DNA from: a virus
Virus record (IMG/VR): IMGVR_UViG_3300050034_000403
Location: 25,229-89,228 of that record
Length of the DNA: 64,000 nt
Reading direction: 5' to 3' (one strand)
In this document: positions 18,465-27,560 of the stretch, one piece after another
Position numbering within the stretch: position 1 is the first letter of the stretch
How the letters are laid out: each line of letters begins with the position of its first letter
Notes under the pieces: generated by a model
The model's database searches: none
What the model was told of the DNA's origin: nothing
The model's input: the letters and a program-made list of their open reading frames with translations, nothing else
Translations under genes and position numbers: made by a program

Positions 18465-18872
18465 TTACGCCTGCTTCTGCTTTTTGGCGTAATGCCGTTT
18501 CTTCACGACGACGGCACCTTCCTCATTCTTGCCAAGGGTAGGCACGTCCTGGCCGCTGCGTTCGCGCACAACGTTGAGATGCGGTTCAAGCGCAATCTCA
18601 ACATCGGCATCAACTTCTGTGTTGATGATTGGAGATTCTCCGTCTACGGGAAAGTCTTCGCTCGCCGGAGCACTGACATGGACGTCAACCTTGACTTCTG
18701 CTGTGTCGAGTCCGCGCAGATTCAGATGGACCTTGACTGATCCGTCGTAACCGCCTGTGTAGGCATCCATCTCGCGCAGATTGCAATCACCGCGCAGTTT
18801 TTCAGCGACTTGATCGAGCACGTCGTTGATAATCTCTTCTCCCGTCAAACCCTCTACGTAATCGTCTTCCAC
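18465..18872 (-). CDS. Acidic hypothetical protein (135 aa)
   Basis: ORF with GGAGAGG RBS. Confidence 0.6.
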   Translation of the reverse strand: MEDDYVEGLTGEEIINDVLDQVAEKLRGDCNLREMDAYTGGYDGSVKVHLNLRGLDTAEVKVDVHVSAPASEDFPVDGESPIINTEVDADVEIALEPHLNVVRERSGQDVPTLGKNEEGAVVVKKRHYAKKQKQA

Positions 18873-18890
18873 TGAAGCACCTCTCCTGAT

Positions 18891-19133
18891 TTATTCCTTC
18901 GCGTCGCTCTTGCATCTCAAAAGAAACCAAAACTTCGCCATCTCCAGCATCCCAAGGAAGTGCGAATTTTCCAACTGGTTGGATGACCATGCCAAGTCGC
19001 CATTTTGCGTTTTGTAAATCACCACAATCTCTGTCGGCTCGTCGTTTCCAAAGTCTTCCATGCAATCGATCAGCACCTGGGTTGGGCTGCGTGGAGTTTT
19101 CTTTTCTTCTTCCACCCTATGCAGCCTCTTCAT
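18891..19133 (-). CDS. Hypothetical protein (80 aa)
   Basis: Overlaps the stop of the upstream HTH gene. Confidence 0.55.
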   Translation of the reverse strand: MKRLHRVEEEKKTPRSPTQVLIDCMEDFGNDEPTEIVVIYKTQNGDLAWSSNQLENSHFLGMLEMAKFWFLLRCKSDAKE

Positions 19134-19350
19134 TGCTGTACTTCGCCTTGAGCGCCAAAAACTTTCTTAACGTATCAGGAAACGGAATTACCTTTCCTGC
19201 TTCGATCAGCTGCACCGTGCGCCGACTCAAGCCCAGCACTTCAGCCAGCTTGACCTGCGTAAACAGATGATCGTGACGAAACTTGCGCCACTCTTTCTGG
19301 CGAGCGTCTCGTTCTTGCAAATCTTCTTCGGTTGGCTTGGGTCTTGGCAT
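19117..19350 (-). CDS. XRE/Cro-family HTH regulator
   Basis: FTQVKLAEVLGLSRRTVQLIEAG..P motif. Confidence 0.85.
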   Translation of the reverse strand: MPRPKPTEEDLQERDARQKEWRKFRHDHLFTQVKLAEVLGLSRRTVQLIEAGKVIPFPDTLRKFLALKAKYSNEEAA

Positions 19351-19832
19351 TGTTTACGCTCCCTTGAGCACCCGCATTACTTCCATCTCCATAAATTGGC
19401 GGGAAACCAATTTCGTGTCAACGGTAATTTTGTGCCTACCACACATCCTGCCGAAATTGCGCCGGCCGACGAACGCGCTTTGCCGCGCGGTATCGCTGCA
19501 TACTCTTCCGTCCCCGTCCGCCACGCATCAGATACCGCTGCAACGGAGTTTCCGCATAAAAATTGTCGCAAAGAAGCTTCAGCAACTTTGCCATTTTTGT
19601 CGGATTGGTCTTACGCAAAGCACACATAACTTCGCTTCCCCACTTTGCGCATAACCTACGCCAGTCTTGGTTTTCTGTCTACTGTGATTTTTCATTGCGC
19701 AAGGATTGCGCTCACTTAGCGAACTGTAACTGCATTCGCTAAAGCATCAGTGTAGATAAAGGCCAAAACCTTTATTTTTAAGTAGTGCGATTTTAGTGCG
19801 ATTTACGTGATAATATGCATTCAGGAGATTTT

Positions 19833-20033
19833 ATGGCACGCATGACAATTGCACTTCCCGCTGAGATTGTAAAAATCGTCAATGACACTGCCCAAAAAGA
19901 GTCGGTTCCAAAAACAGAGATCATTCGACGTATGTTCACTGTGTTGAAGGTAGCCCAGGAAGAAAAAGACAAGGGGAACTCTCTTGGAATCATCAACGGA
20001 GAGAAGGTTATTGCCCGCATTGTTGGTGTATAA
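19833..20033 (+). CDS. Ribbon-helix-helix (CopG-like) protein
   Basis: MARMTIALP...IVNDTAQKESVPKTEIIRR pattern; upstream direct repeats TAGTGCGATTT. Confidence 0.7.
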   Translation: MARMTIALPAEIVKIVNDTAQKESVPKTEIIRRMFTVLKVAQEEKDKGNSLGIINGEKVIARIVGV

Positions 20034-20038
20034 ACTTC

Positions 20039-20311
20039 ATGGAAAATGAGAACAAAGAAAAACCGATCATCGTCGATCTTGGCCAACGCGAAGACGTGCC
20101 TCGTCCTGAACTCGATCCACAAAAGCTATTGTCTTTTGCGCAGCAAATCCTGATGGTTTTAGTCTTTTTAATGTTTCTGGCTTGCGGGGTTTTATTGCGT
20201 TGGCCCGGATCAAAAGAAGCTCAAACCATCTTTGAACAAGCAAGAACGATTCTCCCGCCAATGGTGACGCTTGTTCTTGGCTTTTACTTTGGCGGTCGTC
20301 ATTCTCGATAA
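20039..20311 (+). CDS. Small two-TM membrane protein
   Basis: Two hydrophobic segments; ends LVLGFYFG. Confidence 0.65.
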   Translation: MENENKEKPIIVDLGQREDVPRPELDPQKLLSFAQQILMVLVFLMFLACGVLLRWPGSKEAQTIFEQARTILPPMVTLVLGFYFGGRHSR

Positions 20312-20324
20312 TTTTTCAGAACAG

Positions 20325-20359
20325 GAATAGCCTGTATGTCTTGTTCATGCGGGCTATTC
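20325..20359. terminator. Hairpin between the plus-strand operon and the minus-strand mini-array
   Basis: GAATAGCCTGTATG...CATGCGGGCTATTC. Confidence 0.55.
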
Positions 20360-20409
20360 TTTATCACTATTCAGAAATTTTCAGGGCAAAAAAGCTGAGC
20401 ATGGCTAAT

Positions 20410-21018
20410 GTTGCGTCTATTCGGCGCACTGTAGAAGCTGTTTGATTGTTGCGCTTATCCAGCGCACTATGACTATCTTGCAACCTTTTTATAGCCAAAA
20501 AGCCGTGATGATTCTCGTGTTGCATCTACTCGATGCACTGAAACTGCCTTGTGACTTTGTGCTATTCCTTGACGCGTTGCGCTTTCTCGGCGCACTCATA
20601 CGTCTATAAATATCCCTTGTGTATTATTGCGCTTATTCAGTGTATTGTTGCGCTTATCCAGCGCACTCCTACTTTGTCGCACATGTTGCATCTCTCCGAT
20701 GCACTTTGACTGTACACCCCTACCTATCCATGTTGCATCTGCTCGATGCACTCATACTGTGCTCCTCAACCTATCCATGTTGCGCCTATGCGGTGCACTG
20801 AAACCGCATTACTGCGAAATCCAAGGCTCACGTACGTTGCATCTTCTCGATGCACTTCAACCAGTCTGCTATACAGCAGACAAAAACGAATGCCAATGGA
20901 GGTTGCATCTGTTCGATGCACTCATACGGATTTGGTACGGGATGCTGTTGTTGCGCTTATCCAGCGCACTAGAACATCTTGTCAGCTCATTCTTCAGGTT
21001 GCGCCTGCTCGACGCACT
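20410..21018 (-). CRISPR. CRISPR array 1: degenerate mini-array (about 13 units, most reduced to the 21-26 nt hairpin handle, short spacers)
   Basis: GTTGC(A/G)nnnnnnnnn(T/C)GCACT units start at 20410, 20448, 20519, 20576, (20626), 20647, 20685, 20732, 20779, 20836, 20902, 20950 and 20998. Four of them (20448, 20519, 20779, 20836) are full 37-nt repeats of the family in arrays 2-4. Confidence 0.8.
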
Positions 21019-21029
21019 CATATGACACC

Positions 21030-21062
21030 TCAATACTTTGCGCCAAGCCCCCGCGTTGTCAA
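21030..21062 (-). promoter_or_regulatory. Putative sigma70 promoter driving mini-array 1
   Basis: Minus strand TTGACA-N16-CAAAGTATTG; the same TTGAC...GGCGCAAAGTATTG layout occurs at 34024..34056 (+). Confidence 0.5.
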
Positions 21063-21071
21063 CAAATTTCT

Positions 21072-21599
21072 TTAGCTCCGCGATGCCAGAATTTTGGTTG
21101 CCTCAGTCAATGTAATCATAAGCGTTTGTGGATTGATCGGCGAAGCGATGAAGCCGTATTTCTCGTAGAACTGTTTTGCATCCTTAGAAATTGCATTTAC
21201 CAAAACCGCACGAATGCCGGCAATCTCAGCAGCCTGCAAAGTGCGCAAAACCGCATCCCGCAAAAGATCCGCCCCAATCCCGCGATGCTGAAAGTGTTCA
21301 TCCACAGCCAGTCGTCCGATCAGCATCACGGGCACTGGATCGGGCATGTTGCGCTTGATGCGTGTGGGTGCCTCGACATGTGCCACAGCACCAGTCGCCA
21401 GCGCATAAAAACCAACGACATGACCTTCTGAGCACACCACTTTAGTACGCGATGCTCCATTCTTCTCGTTTTGAAGTGCCCGCGTCTTCAACCACAGATT
21501 GAGAGATGATTCGCCACAGCAGAATTGCGTAAGATCATGTTCCACTGTCAGCTTTTCTGGAGCGGTAATACGGATCTTGGACGCCTCTACTCCTCCCAC
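21072..21599 (-). CDS. GNAT acetyltransferase toxin (TacT/AtaT family)
   Basis: FCCGESSLNLWLK, VVGFYAL, PVMLIGRLAVD...GIGADLL..A, FYEKYGF. Confidence 0.92.
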   Translation of the reverse strand: MGGVEASKIRITAPEKLTVEHDLTQFCCGESSLNLWLKTRALQNEKNGASRTKVVCSEGHVVGFYALATGAVAHVEAPTRIKRNMPDPVPVMLIGRLAVDEHFQHRGIGADLLRDAVLRTLQAAEIAGIRAVLVNAISKDAKQFYEKYGFIASPINPQTLMITLTEATKILASRS

Positions 21600-21871
21600 G
21601 ATGGTTTCCTCGCTAGCAGCTTTGCCAGTTTTGGGTTGGACTTGGGAGGATTGTCTAGCATGTCATTGAAGCGTTGGAACTCTTCTTTCCCGAGACGGAA
21701 GTAGCAGCGATCAAGCAAAATCGCTTCCGCTTCCCTGCACGCCGCATCCAGCATGAAATCCGTGCGGTTCCTTCCCAGCACTTCTGCTGCACTATCAATT
21801 AATGTCTTTTGCCGCAGATTGGCACGCAAATTGATGTTCGTAGCCCGCAATTCAGCAACGACAGAACCCAT
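21587..21871 (-). CDS. DUF1778 RHH antitoxin (TacA/AtaR family)
   Basis: INLR....QKTLIDSAAEVLGRNRTDFML.AA..EA...F...LDNPP..N..L..LL....WE. Confidence 0.92.
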   Translation of the reverse strand: MGSVVAELRATNINLRANLRQKTLIDSAAEVLGRNRTDFMLDAACREAEAILLDRCYFRLGKEEFQRFNDMLDNPPKSNPKLAKLLARKPSWEE

Positions 21872-21933
21872 GACCCACCTCCTGAATGTATACACAATGA
21901 GCGTACAGCATCGTGCGCACAATGTAAAGCGCC

Positions 21934-22215
21934 TTAGTACAGCTTGCGGCAGTCATAACACCAGAACCCGTCAGGCCGCTGGAAACCCTTGTGCCCCTTG
22001 TCGTGTGGGCATCTGGCAAGGCCAGCAGGACTCGAATCCGCGACAGGCCGATTATGAGTCGGTTGCTCTACCGGCTGAGCTACAGTCCCGCTGTTCCACT
22101 TCCGCGTGCGACACTCGGGATTACGGCATTGCGCGGGTATCGGTTTACGAACGTCTACCGGCCAAAGATACCCACACACGTCGCATCGATATGCCTCCAT
22201 CTTAGTTTTGCCCAT
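21934..22215 (-). CDS. Small zinc-finger protein containing a tRNA-derived segment
   Basis: CDVCG...P.P..C.N..CR...WNSG is homologous to 44628..44822; C-terminal CPH...CYDC. Confidence 0.6.
   Translation of the reverse strand: MGKTKMEAYRCDVCGYLWPVDVRKPIPAQCRNPECRTRKWNSGTVAQPVEQPTHNRPVADSSPAGLARCPHDKGHKGFQRPDGFWCYDCRKLY
22014..22089 (-). tRNA. Degenerate tRNA with CAT anticodon (Met/Ile2), probably a pseudo-tRNA
   Basis: 76-nt cloverleaf GGGACTG TA GCTCAGCCGGTAGAGC A ACCGA CTCATAA TCGGC CTGTC GCGGA TTCGAGT CCTGC TGGCCTT G CCA, with mismatched acceptor and T stems. Confidence 0.65.
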
Positions 22216-22285
22216 GAGTAGATTCTACTCACCAGCCTGAGTAGAATCTACTCAGCACTACCACCATTTGAGTCGAGCCGACTCA
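22215..22285. promoter_or_regulatory. Three 17-bp palindromic operators
   Basis: TGAGTAGATTCTACTCA (22215), TGAGTAGAATCTACTCA (22238), TGAGTCGAGCCGACTCA (22269). Confidence 0.7.
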
Positions 22286-23636
22286 GCATGCCATAAACAA
22301 TGCACACCGCAGTTCGTAAGCTGGCAGCTTATATCGTGCAGCACCGCGTTACTCATCCCATGAATCTGCAAAACCAATAGCCCCATACCCGTCTATCGTA
22401 ATAATGAAAAGGTCCTGCCACCCAATGCGCGGATCACCATCCTTGCTGTACCGCCTTGCATGTATCGCATCAGGAGCAACATCGATGAAATGAGCAAGAT
22501 CCTGTGCAATATGCCGCTTCACATCATCCACACTCGCAAACGTCCGAACCGTCTCCATCGACTCTGCCAAACCACCACGATGAAACCTAAAACGTATTCC
22601 CACTTCCCCACCCCTCCTAACACCGCAGCGCATAAACTGACAACTCCTATCCTGCCACATACGCAACGCTCAAGCATATCAACTTTGCGCTTCCGTTGCG
22701 CTCTATCCACTACGCTACCTAAATTTTCATAGATTTTCCTTTGCGCTTCCGTTGCGCTTCTAGCTTCGGAATTTCTATATTTTTTCCGGGTGAGGGCTAA
22801 GGCGTCATAGACGTCGGGCCACCCCCCCAGCCCGGACAACTAAGGAAACGCGCGCGACTATAGACGCGACAATTGACTAGGATCTACCACCGCCGGCAGC
22901 ATTGCGCAGACCGGCCGGCAGGCCACCGCCGCTAAATCTGTAGAATTGGCGACAGACTACCACCCCGGACAGCCACACACCCCTGAAACTGGCCTACAGA
23001 CGGCTCTAGAGCACTGCTAGAGGCGCTAGGTGCGCTCTGTAGCGCCATTGCCGCGCCAGCCTATGCGCGCACCCGTGGCAGGCCGCACAGCGCTTGCATT
23101 GCGCCTGTTTACGCGTTTTGATAGGGGCCCATGAATCTTGGATAGGCGAGCAAAGGCTTTGTTCCTCCCATCATGTATTGCGCCTTTTGCGCCTGTTGCC
23201 CTGTACCGCCGCACACAGAGAACCGGCATTTTGCCGCTTTGCCGGTAGCGCAGAGTATCGCACCAAACCCGCATAGGCGTTAGGCTTGCGGCTCTTATGC
23301 TTGCACCACGCTGGTATACGTACGCCAACTAAATCGAAACGAATCGTCACAGCACAACGATTTATACTTGCAATGCTGTTACGTTTCGGGCATAGTAATA
23401 ACAGCACGGGAGACGACACACAATGACGGCACAGGGAATCATGCAGAACGTACGAATCTTGGAATACCTGAAGAAAGAGGTTCGCATCCTCACCAACCGC
23501 ACGTCGCGTGACCAATCACTGTATGACGCTATCCGCATTGTGAGCGGCGTTACTCGCGGAAACCTTTAACCAATGCGCCCGCTCGTGGGCATGGTACGCG
23601 AGCAAGAATCTACAAGGCACACGGGAGAGAGACACA

Positions 23637-24161
23637 ATGCTTACACCTGAACCTGATACCAAACTGACGTTGATTAACAGCAAAGGGCGCATTGTCGCCT
23701 ATGCGTTTCCGTGCCGTGTTGAGGCGTTTGCTTCCGATTTTAACTATCGGCTGGAGAATGGCGCGGGTTGCGGCTGTGACAAGGAATGTTTGTTTAAGGC
23801 GTTCGCGTATGTTTGGTTAGACGCAACGTCCTGCAATGCTTCGGGACCGCTTGCGGCGGAATGGGTCGAGTACATGAAAACCAAACTGCGCGACACTAAA
23901 CGGTTTCCGGTCGTCATTCTTGAACGGAAGGAACAGAGCGCAAACACGGAAGAGCGCAAGGTAAAAATCGTTGCGCAGTTTGGGCCGGAGTACAGCTTTG
24001 TGTCTGACAGCCAAGATACAGCGCCGATCAAGGAATCTGTACCGGACGCGAAAAACTATGATGCGTTCTTTGTGTTGTCGGGAGACGGCGAGTATACGGC
24101 AGTTTGGGGCATGGTTGGGATTGTCCCGTACCGCTCGAAGCTTGTAACGCGGCTGCTGTAA
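23637..24161 (+). CDS. Hypothetical early protein
   Basis: 174 aa, GGGAGAG RBS. Confidence 0.6.
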   Translation: MLTPEPDTKLTLINSKGRIVAYAFPCRVEAFASDFNYRLENGAGCGCDKECLFKAFAYVWLDATSCNASGPLAAEWVEYMKTKLRDTKRFPVVILERKEQSANTEERKVKIVAQFGPEYSFVSDSQDTAPIKESVPDAKNYDAFFVLSGDGEYTAVWGMVGIVPYRSKLVTRLL

Positions 24162-24236
24162 TCAACGCGCCCGCTCGCACACAGCGCAAACTATCACGCA
24201 CGACTAACAGAGGCAAAGCCTCAAGGACACAAGGCA

Positions 24237-24602
24237 ATGGCATACGAAACGGCAGAGCAACTTGCAGCGGTACAGGCATGGGCAAAGCAGCACGGGCGCA
24301 CGTGGAAAGCGGCATTGCGCGCGGCATGGGCGAGCGGAGACTATCAGGGTTTCGACGGCGCGCCGCTTTTGCAGCAACTACGAAACGCGTTTGGGCCGTC
24401 GTGGCTTTTGTCGTTTCGTTTGCCGGTTGACGCGCCCGCGCCGGTAGATCCTGCCCGCGTGAAGTGGATGGAGTCCATCTTGGCGAACGATACGCGCTCA
24501 ACAGACTATGAGCTGGGGCTGTTTTTCATCGCGCATGCCGTGCCGGAAGCCATGGCGAAAAGTTACATTGCGCATCGTACCGATTACCGCAACTCGCTCT
24601 AG
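24237..24602 (+). CDS. Hypothetical early protein
   Basis: 121 aa; WAKQHGRTWKAAL...LQQLRNAFGPSWL motif typical of small phage and plasmid proteins. Confidence 0.65.
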   Translation: MAYETAEQLAAVQAWAKQHGRTWKAALRAAWASGDYQGFDGAPLLQQLRNAFGPSWLLSFRLPVDAPAPVDPARVKWMESILANDTRSTDYELGLFFIAHAVPEAMAKSYIAHRTDYRNSL

Positions 24603-24638
24603 GGCGCATAGCAGGCCATAGGCCAAGGATTACGAATT

Positions 24639-24863
24639 ATGCCTTACACAGATGCAGAGCGGGTTATCGTACAGCGGCGCATTTTCGGCTGCACGTCTGA
24701 AGAGCTGGAAACCATCGTAGATGCGCAGCATCCGCGCTTAGAGATTGCACTCTCTGTGCTGTCGGACGCGCAAGAGCTGATACGGCGCGGGCAGGCGGAG
24801 AGCGCACGGCAAGCCATTAACAGAGCAAAATACATGATCAACGCGGCGGAGCACAGAGCATGA
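24639..24863 (+). CDS. Hypothetical early protein
   Basis: 74 aa, AAGGA RBS. Confidence 0.6.
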   Translation: MPYTDAERVIVQRRIFGCTSEELETIVDAQHPRLEIALSVLSDAQELIRRGQAESARQAINRAKYMINAAEHRA

Positions 24864-25175
24864 GCGAAACGGAAAAAGCCGTGGTTGCCTTATGGCGCAA
24901 GGGCCGCACTTCGCAAGACATTGCGCGAGAGACGGGTATCCCGCTCTATCGCGTGCGCGCCATCCTTGCCGATCTTGCAGCGATTCTTTAATCGCGCAAA
25001 AACGCTTGGCGCATAAGGTCGCGGACAAGTGGGCAAAAGAAGCGTACTAATACTCGCCGGGATACGTCCCGGCATTACTTTTGCACATAATCTGTTACGG
25101 CATTACGATTTATAGTTGCAATGCCGTAACTATCATGATAGGGTTATATCAGTTCAGGAGAGAGAGGAACACACA

Positions 25176-25376
25176 ATGAGCACGGAAAAAGGTTTGTGCG
25201 GTTACGTTTGTTTTTATCAGGGAAAGCGCGTGGAAGTCTACGCGGAATCAATGCTTGCAGCACAGAAGCTTGTGGCGGCGCAATTGCAAGTGCCTGCCAG
25301 AAAGCAGTATTTAATCTCTGTGAATCTTTGCGAGCGCGAAGACGGCTCGGACGTGATTCATACGGCAACGTTCTAA
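25176..25376 (+). CDS. Hypothetical early protein
   Basis: MSTEKGLCGYVCFYQGKRVEVYA with GAGG RBS, behind a promoter-like TTGCAA element. Confidence 0.6.
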   Translation: MSTEKGLCGYVCFYQGKRVEVYAESMLAAQKLVAAQLQVPARKQYLISVNLCEREDGSDVIHTATF

Positions 25377-25385
25377 GACGGGTTT

Positions 25386-25457
25386 TTCCCGTCTACGTGG
25401 TAATCGGTCCACGTGCTGAATGAGCGCAAGTCAGAGACTTTAAGCGCGAAACGGGAA
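25386..25457 (+). ncRNA. Type III hammerhead ribozyme
   Basis: Stem III TTCCCGT/ACGGGAA, GTC cleavage triplet (cut after C25393), stem I TACGTGG/CCACGTG, core CTGAATGA, stem II GCGC..GCGC, GAAA. Confidence 0.85.
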
Positions 25458-25486
25458 CCTAGTTCCGAGTCCTATAGGGGGACAGA

Positions 25487-26434
25487 ATGAACAACTTTGC
25501 ACACAATTTTTCTATCGGCGCGGCAATCAATCCTAGCGTAGCTCTTCGCCTGCAGAACCCACTTTCCATGGATGAATTGCGCCATTACGCGCCTAGCGCG
25601 TTCGCCACTTCCGCGCATGAATCCCGCTCTGCCCGCTATACCTATATTCCCACGTCAGACGTTATTGACGGCCTTATGAAAGAGGGTTTCCAGCCCTTCA
25701 AGGCTACGCAAGGCCGCTCGCGTGTCGCGGGCAAGGCCGAATACACAAAGCATATGATTCGCTTCCGTCACCCCGATTCTTTCTCCGCAATTCAGAAAGT
25801 CGGCGATTCCGTTCCCGAAGTCGTGCTTGTGAACAGCCACGACGGCACGAGCGCGTATAAATTGAGCGCCGGTCTTTTCCGTCTCGTTTGCTCGAATGGC
25901 CTTATGGTTTCAGATTCCACGGTTGAAATGCTCTCCATCCAGCATAAGGGCGACATTGTTCGCGATGTGATTGAAGGATCTTTTCAGATTGTCGGCCAGA
26001 GCGAAAAAGCGCTCGCGCGCGCCGATGAATGGAATCAGTTGCAACTCACGGCAGGCGAGCAAGGCGCATTCGCCGATGCGGCGCGCCAGCTTCGCTTTGC
26101 CGATGTAGAGGGCAAGATTGCAACGCCGATTACCGCCGAGCAACTTCTTCGCCCGCGTCGTGAGGCAGATGCTACCGGCCTGATCAACTGGCGCACCCCT
26201 ACCGCGCCGAAACCGGACCTCTGGCACACTCTGAACGTCGTACAGGAAAACGTTGTGCGCGGCGGCCTGCATGGCATGCAGCACGGCACAGACCCGCAGA
26301 CCGGCCGCCGCACCATGCGCCGCGTTACGACGCGCGAGGTTCGCGGCATCGATCAAGATGTACGCCTGAACAGAGCTTTGTGGCAACTGGCGGAACGCAT
26401 GGCGGAGCTGAAGGGCGCGGCTGTAGCTGCCTAG
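25487..26434 (+). CDS. DUF932 (DUF945) domain protein, leading-region family
   Basis: APSAF....HESRSARYTYIPT, TKHMIRFR, PEVVLVNSHDGTSAY.L.AGLFRLVCSNGL, LWHTLNVVQEN..RGG, IDQDVRLNRALW. Confidence 0.9.
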   Translation: MNNFAHNFSIGAAINPSVALRLQNPLSMDELRHYAPSAFATSAHESRSARYTYIPTSDVIDGLMKEGFQPFKATQGRSRVAGKAEYTKHMIRFRHPDSFSAIQKVGDSVPEVVLVNSHDGTSAYKLSAGLFRLVCSNGLMVSDSTVEMLSIQHKGDIVRDVIEGSFQIVGQSEKALARADEWNQLQLTAGEQGAFADAARQLRFADVEGKIATPITAEQLLRPRREADATGLINWRTPTAPKPDLWHTLNVVQENVVRGGLHGMQHGTDPQTGRRTMRRVTTREVRGIDQDVRLNRALWQLAERMAELKGAAVAA

Positions 26435-26511
26435 CTCGCACGTATCGGGCAGGCGCAATGCCTGCCCATTTTCTTTATCGATCACAGCCACAACATTCAA
26501 AGGATGCGCCC

Positions 26512-27318
26512 ATGTTCAGGATTGAATTCCATCTTAGCTATCAAGACGAAGTTTGCTACGACGTTTTAGGCCACGACACAATTAGGCAGATTGAGGCATA
26601 CTCCGCCCCACAGCATACGCTCGATTACATGCGCACCACGTTCAACCATAACGGGGATGCAACGGCATTCGAGCGCAACATTTTGAGCCGTCAAGGTGGC
26701 GCGGTGATTCGCGCTGTTTACGGTGACCACGAAAGTTATCCCTATCGTTGGACGCCGGAAGCGTACGCGCTTTTCGTGGGCGAGCTGTACCGCATGCGCG
26801 CCGATTATATGGCCGATTACGCGCTCAAAGTCGAAAAGTATGGTCTTGCCGACTGGGGCGAACCCGCGCCCATGCGCCCGGTTCCGCGCCCTATTTACTT
26901 TGATAGGAGCATGGAACAAAACCGCTTTCAGGTCGAGCCGTGGTTTAACTCTGCCGTCTCTGCCAGCATCAAAAACGCGATTATTCTTGCGGAACGTATG
27001 CGCGCCTATGACGCGATTCAAGGGCCGCGCGTTGGCGATTGGCTGGACACTCCCAAGGGGCAATTCAGGATTGCGTACCGTATGACGGATGCAGTCCAGC
27101 CCACCATGTACACGGCCGAAGAGAATCAAGGCTTTTACTTGGGCGGCGCTATTTCCTATAGCGGTAGCCTAGACGAGCCCGTCCAGCTCGACCGCCTGCA
27201 GCCCACGGAAGAAAAGCGCGCGGCGCTTGTTTGGTTTTTCAGCGAGAATGACGTGCGCGCGCATAACAGCGTTTATCAGAAGGCCGATTTTCGCGTCTTC
27301 CGTTTGATCGGAGAGTAA
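26512..27318 (+). CDS. Hypothetical protein with a DUF4121-like C-terminal domain
   Basis: GPRVGDW...FYLG..SYSGSL...L.PT.E......WFF....RAHN.V.....RVF. Confidence 0.6.
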   Translation: MFRIEFHLSYQDEVCYDVLGHDTIRQIEAYSAPQHTLDYMRTTFNHNGDATAFERNILSRQGGAVIRAVYGDHESYPYRWTPEAYALFVGELYRMRADYMADYALKVEKYGLADWGEPAPMRPVPRPIYFDRSMEQNRFQVEPWFNSAVSASIKNAIILAERMRAYDAIQGPRVGDWLDTPKGQFRIAYRMTDAVQPTMYTAEENQGFYLGGAISYSGSLDEPVQLDRLQPTEEKRAALVWFFSENDVRAHNSVYQKADFRVFRLIGE

Positions 27319-27323
27319 CGGCT

Positions 27324-27560
27324 ATGTACACAACTTTTGAAGATGAGCGCGCGGTATACGTTGCCGCGAACGGTGAAGCGCTGGTAACGGCAACGATCAA
27401 CGGCAAGCGCGAGTATGTTGCCGCAACGAAAGACGGCTATCGCACCGATTATCCGCTCAACTATGGTAACGGGCAAGTGGGATGGGATAACCCGGAATGG
27501 TTCACGGATGGATTCAAGAAGCATGCGCGCGCGGCGATTCTCGCCGGAAAGGGGCTCTAG
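27324..27560 (+). CDS. Hypothetical protein
   Basis: 78 aa, GGAG RBS, tightly packed. Confidence 0.55.
   Translation: MYTTFEDERAVYVAANGEALVTATINGKREYVAATKDGYRTDYPLNYGNGQVGWDNPEWFTDGFKKHARAAILAGKGL

Noticed and set aside
19400-19560. GC-rich intergenic stretch with GCGGTATC/GATACCGC pairing as an ncRNA
   Set aside because: Single copy with no recognisable family or covariation evidence.
20410-21018. Mini-array as a TIGR-type or REP/BIME repeat
   Set aside because: No box C/D-like dual-repeat pattern or Nop-domain gene was seen, and four units are full-length members of the CRISPR repeat family in the other arrays.
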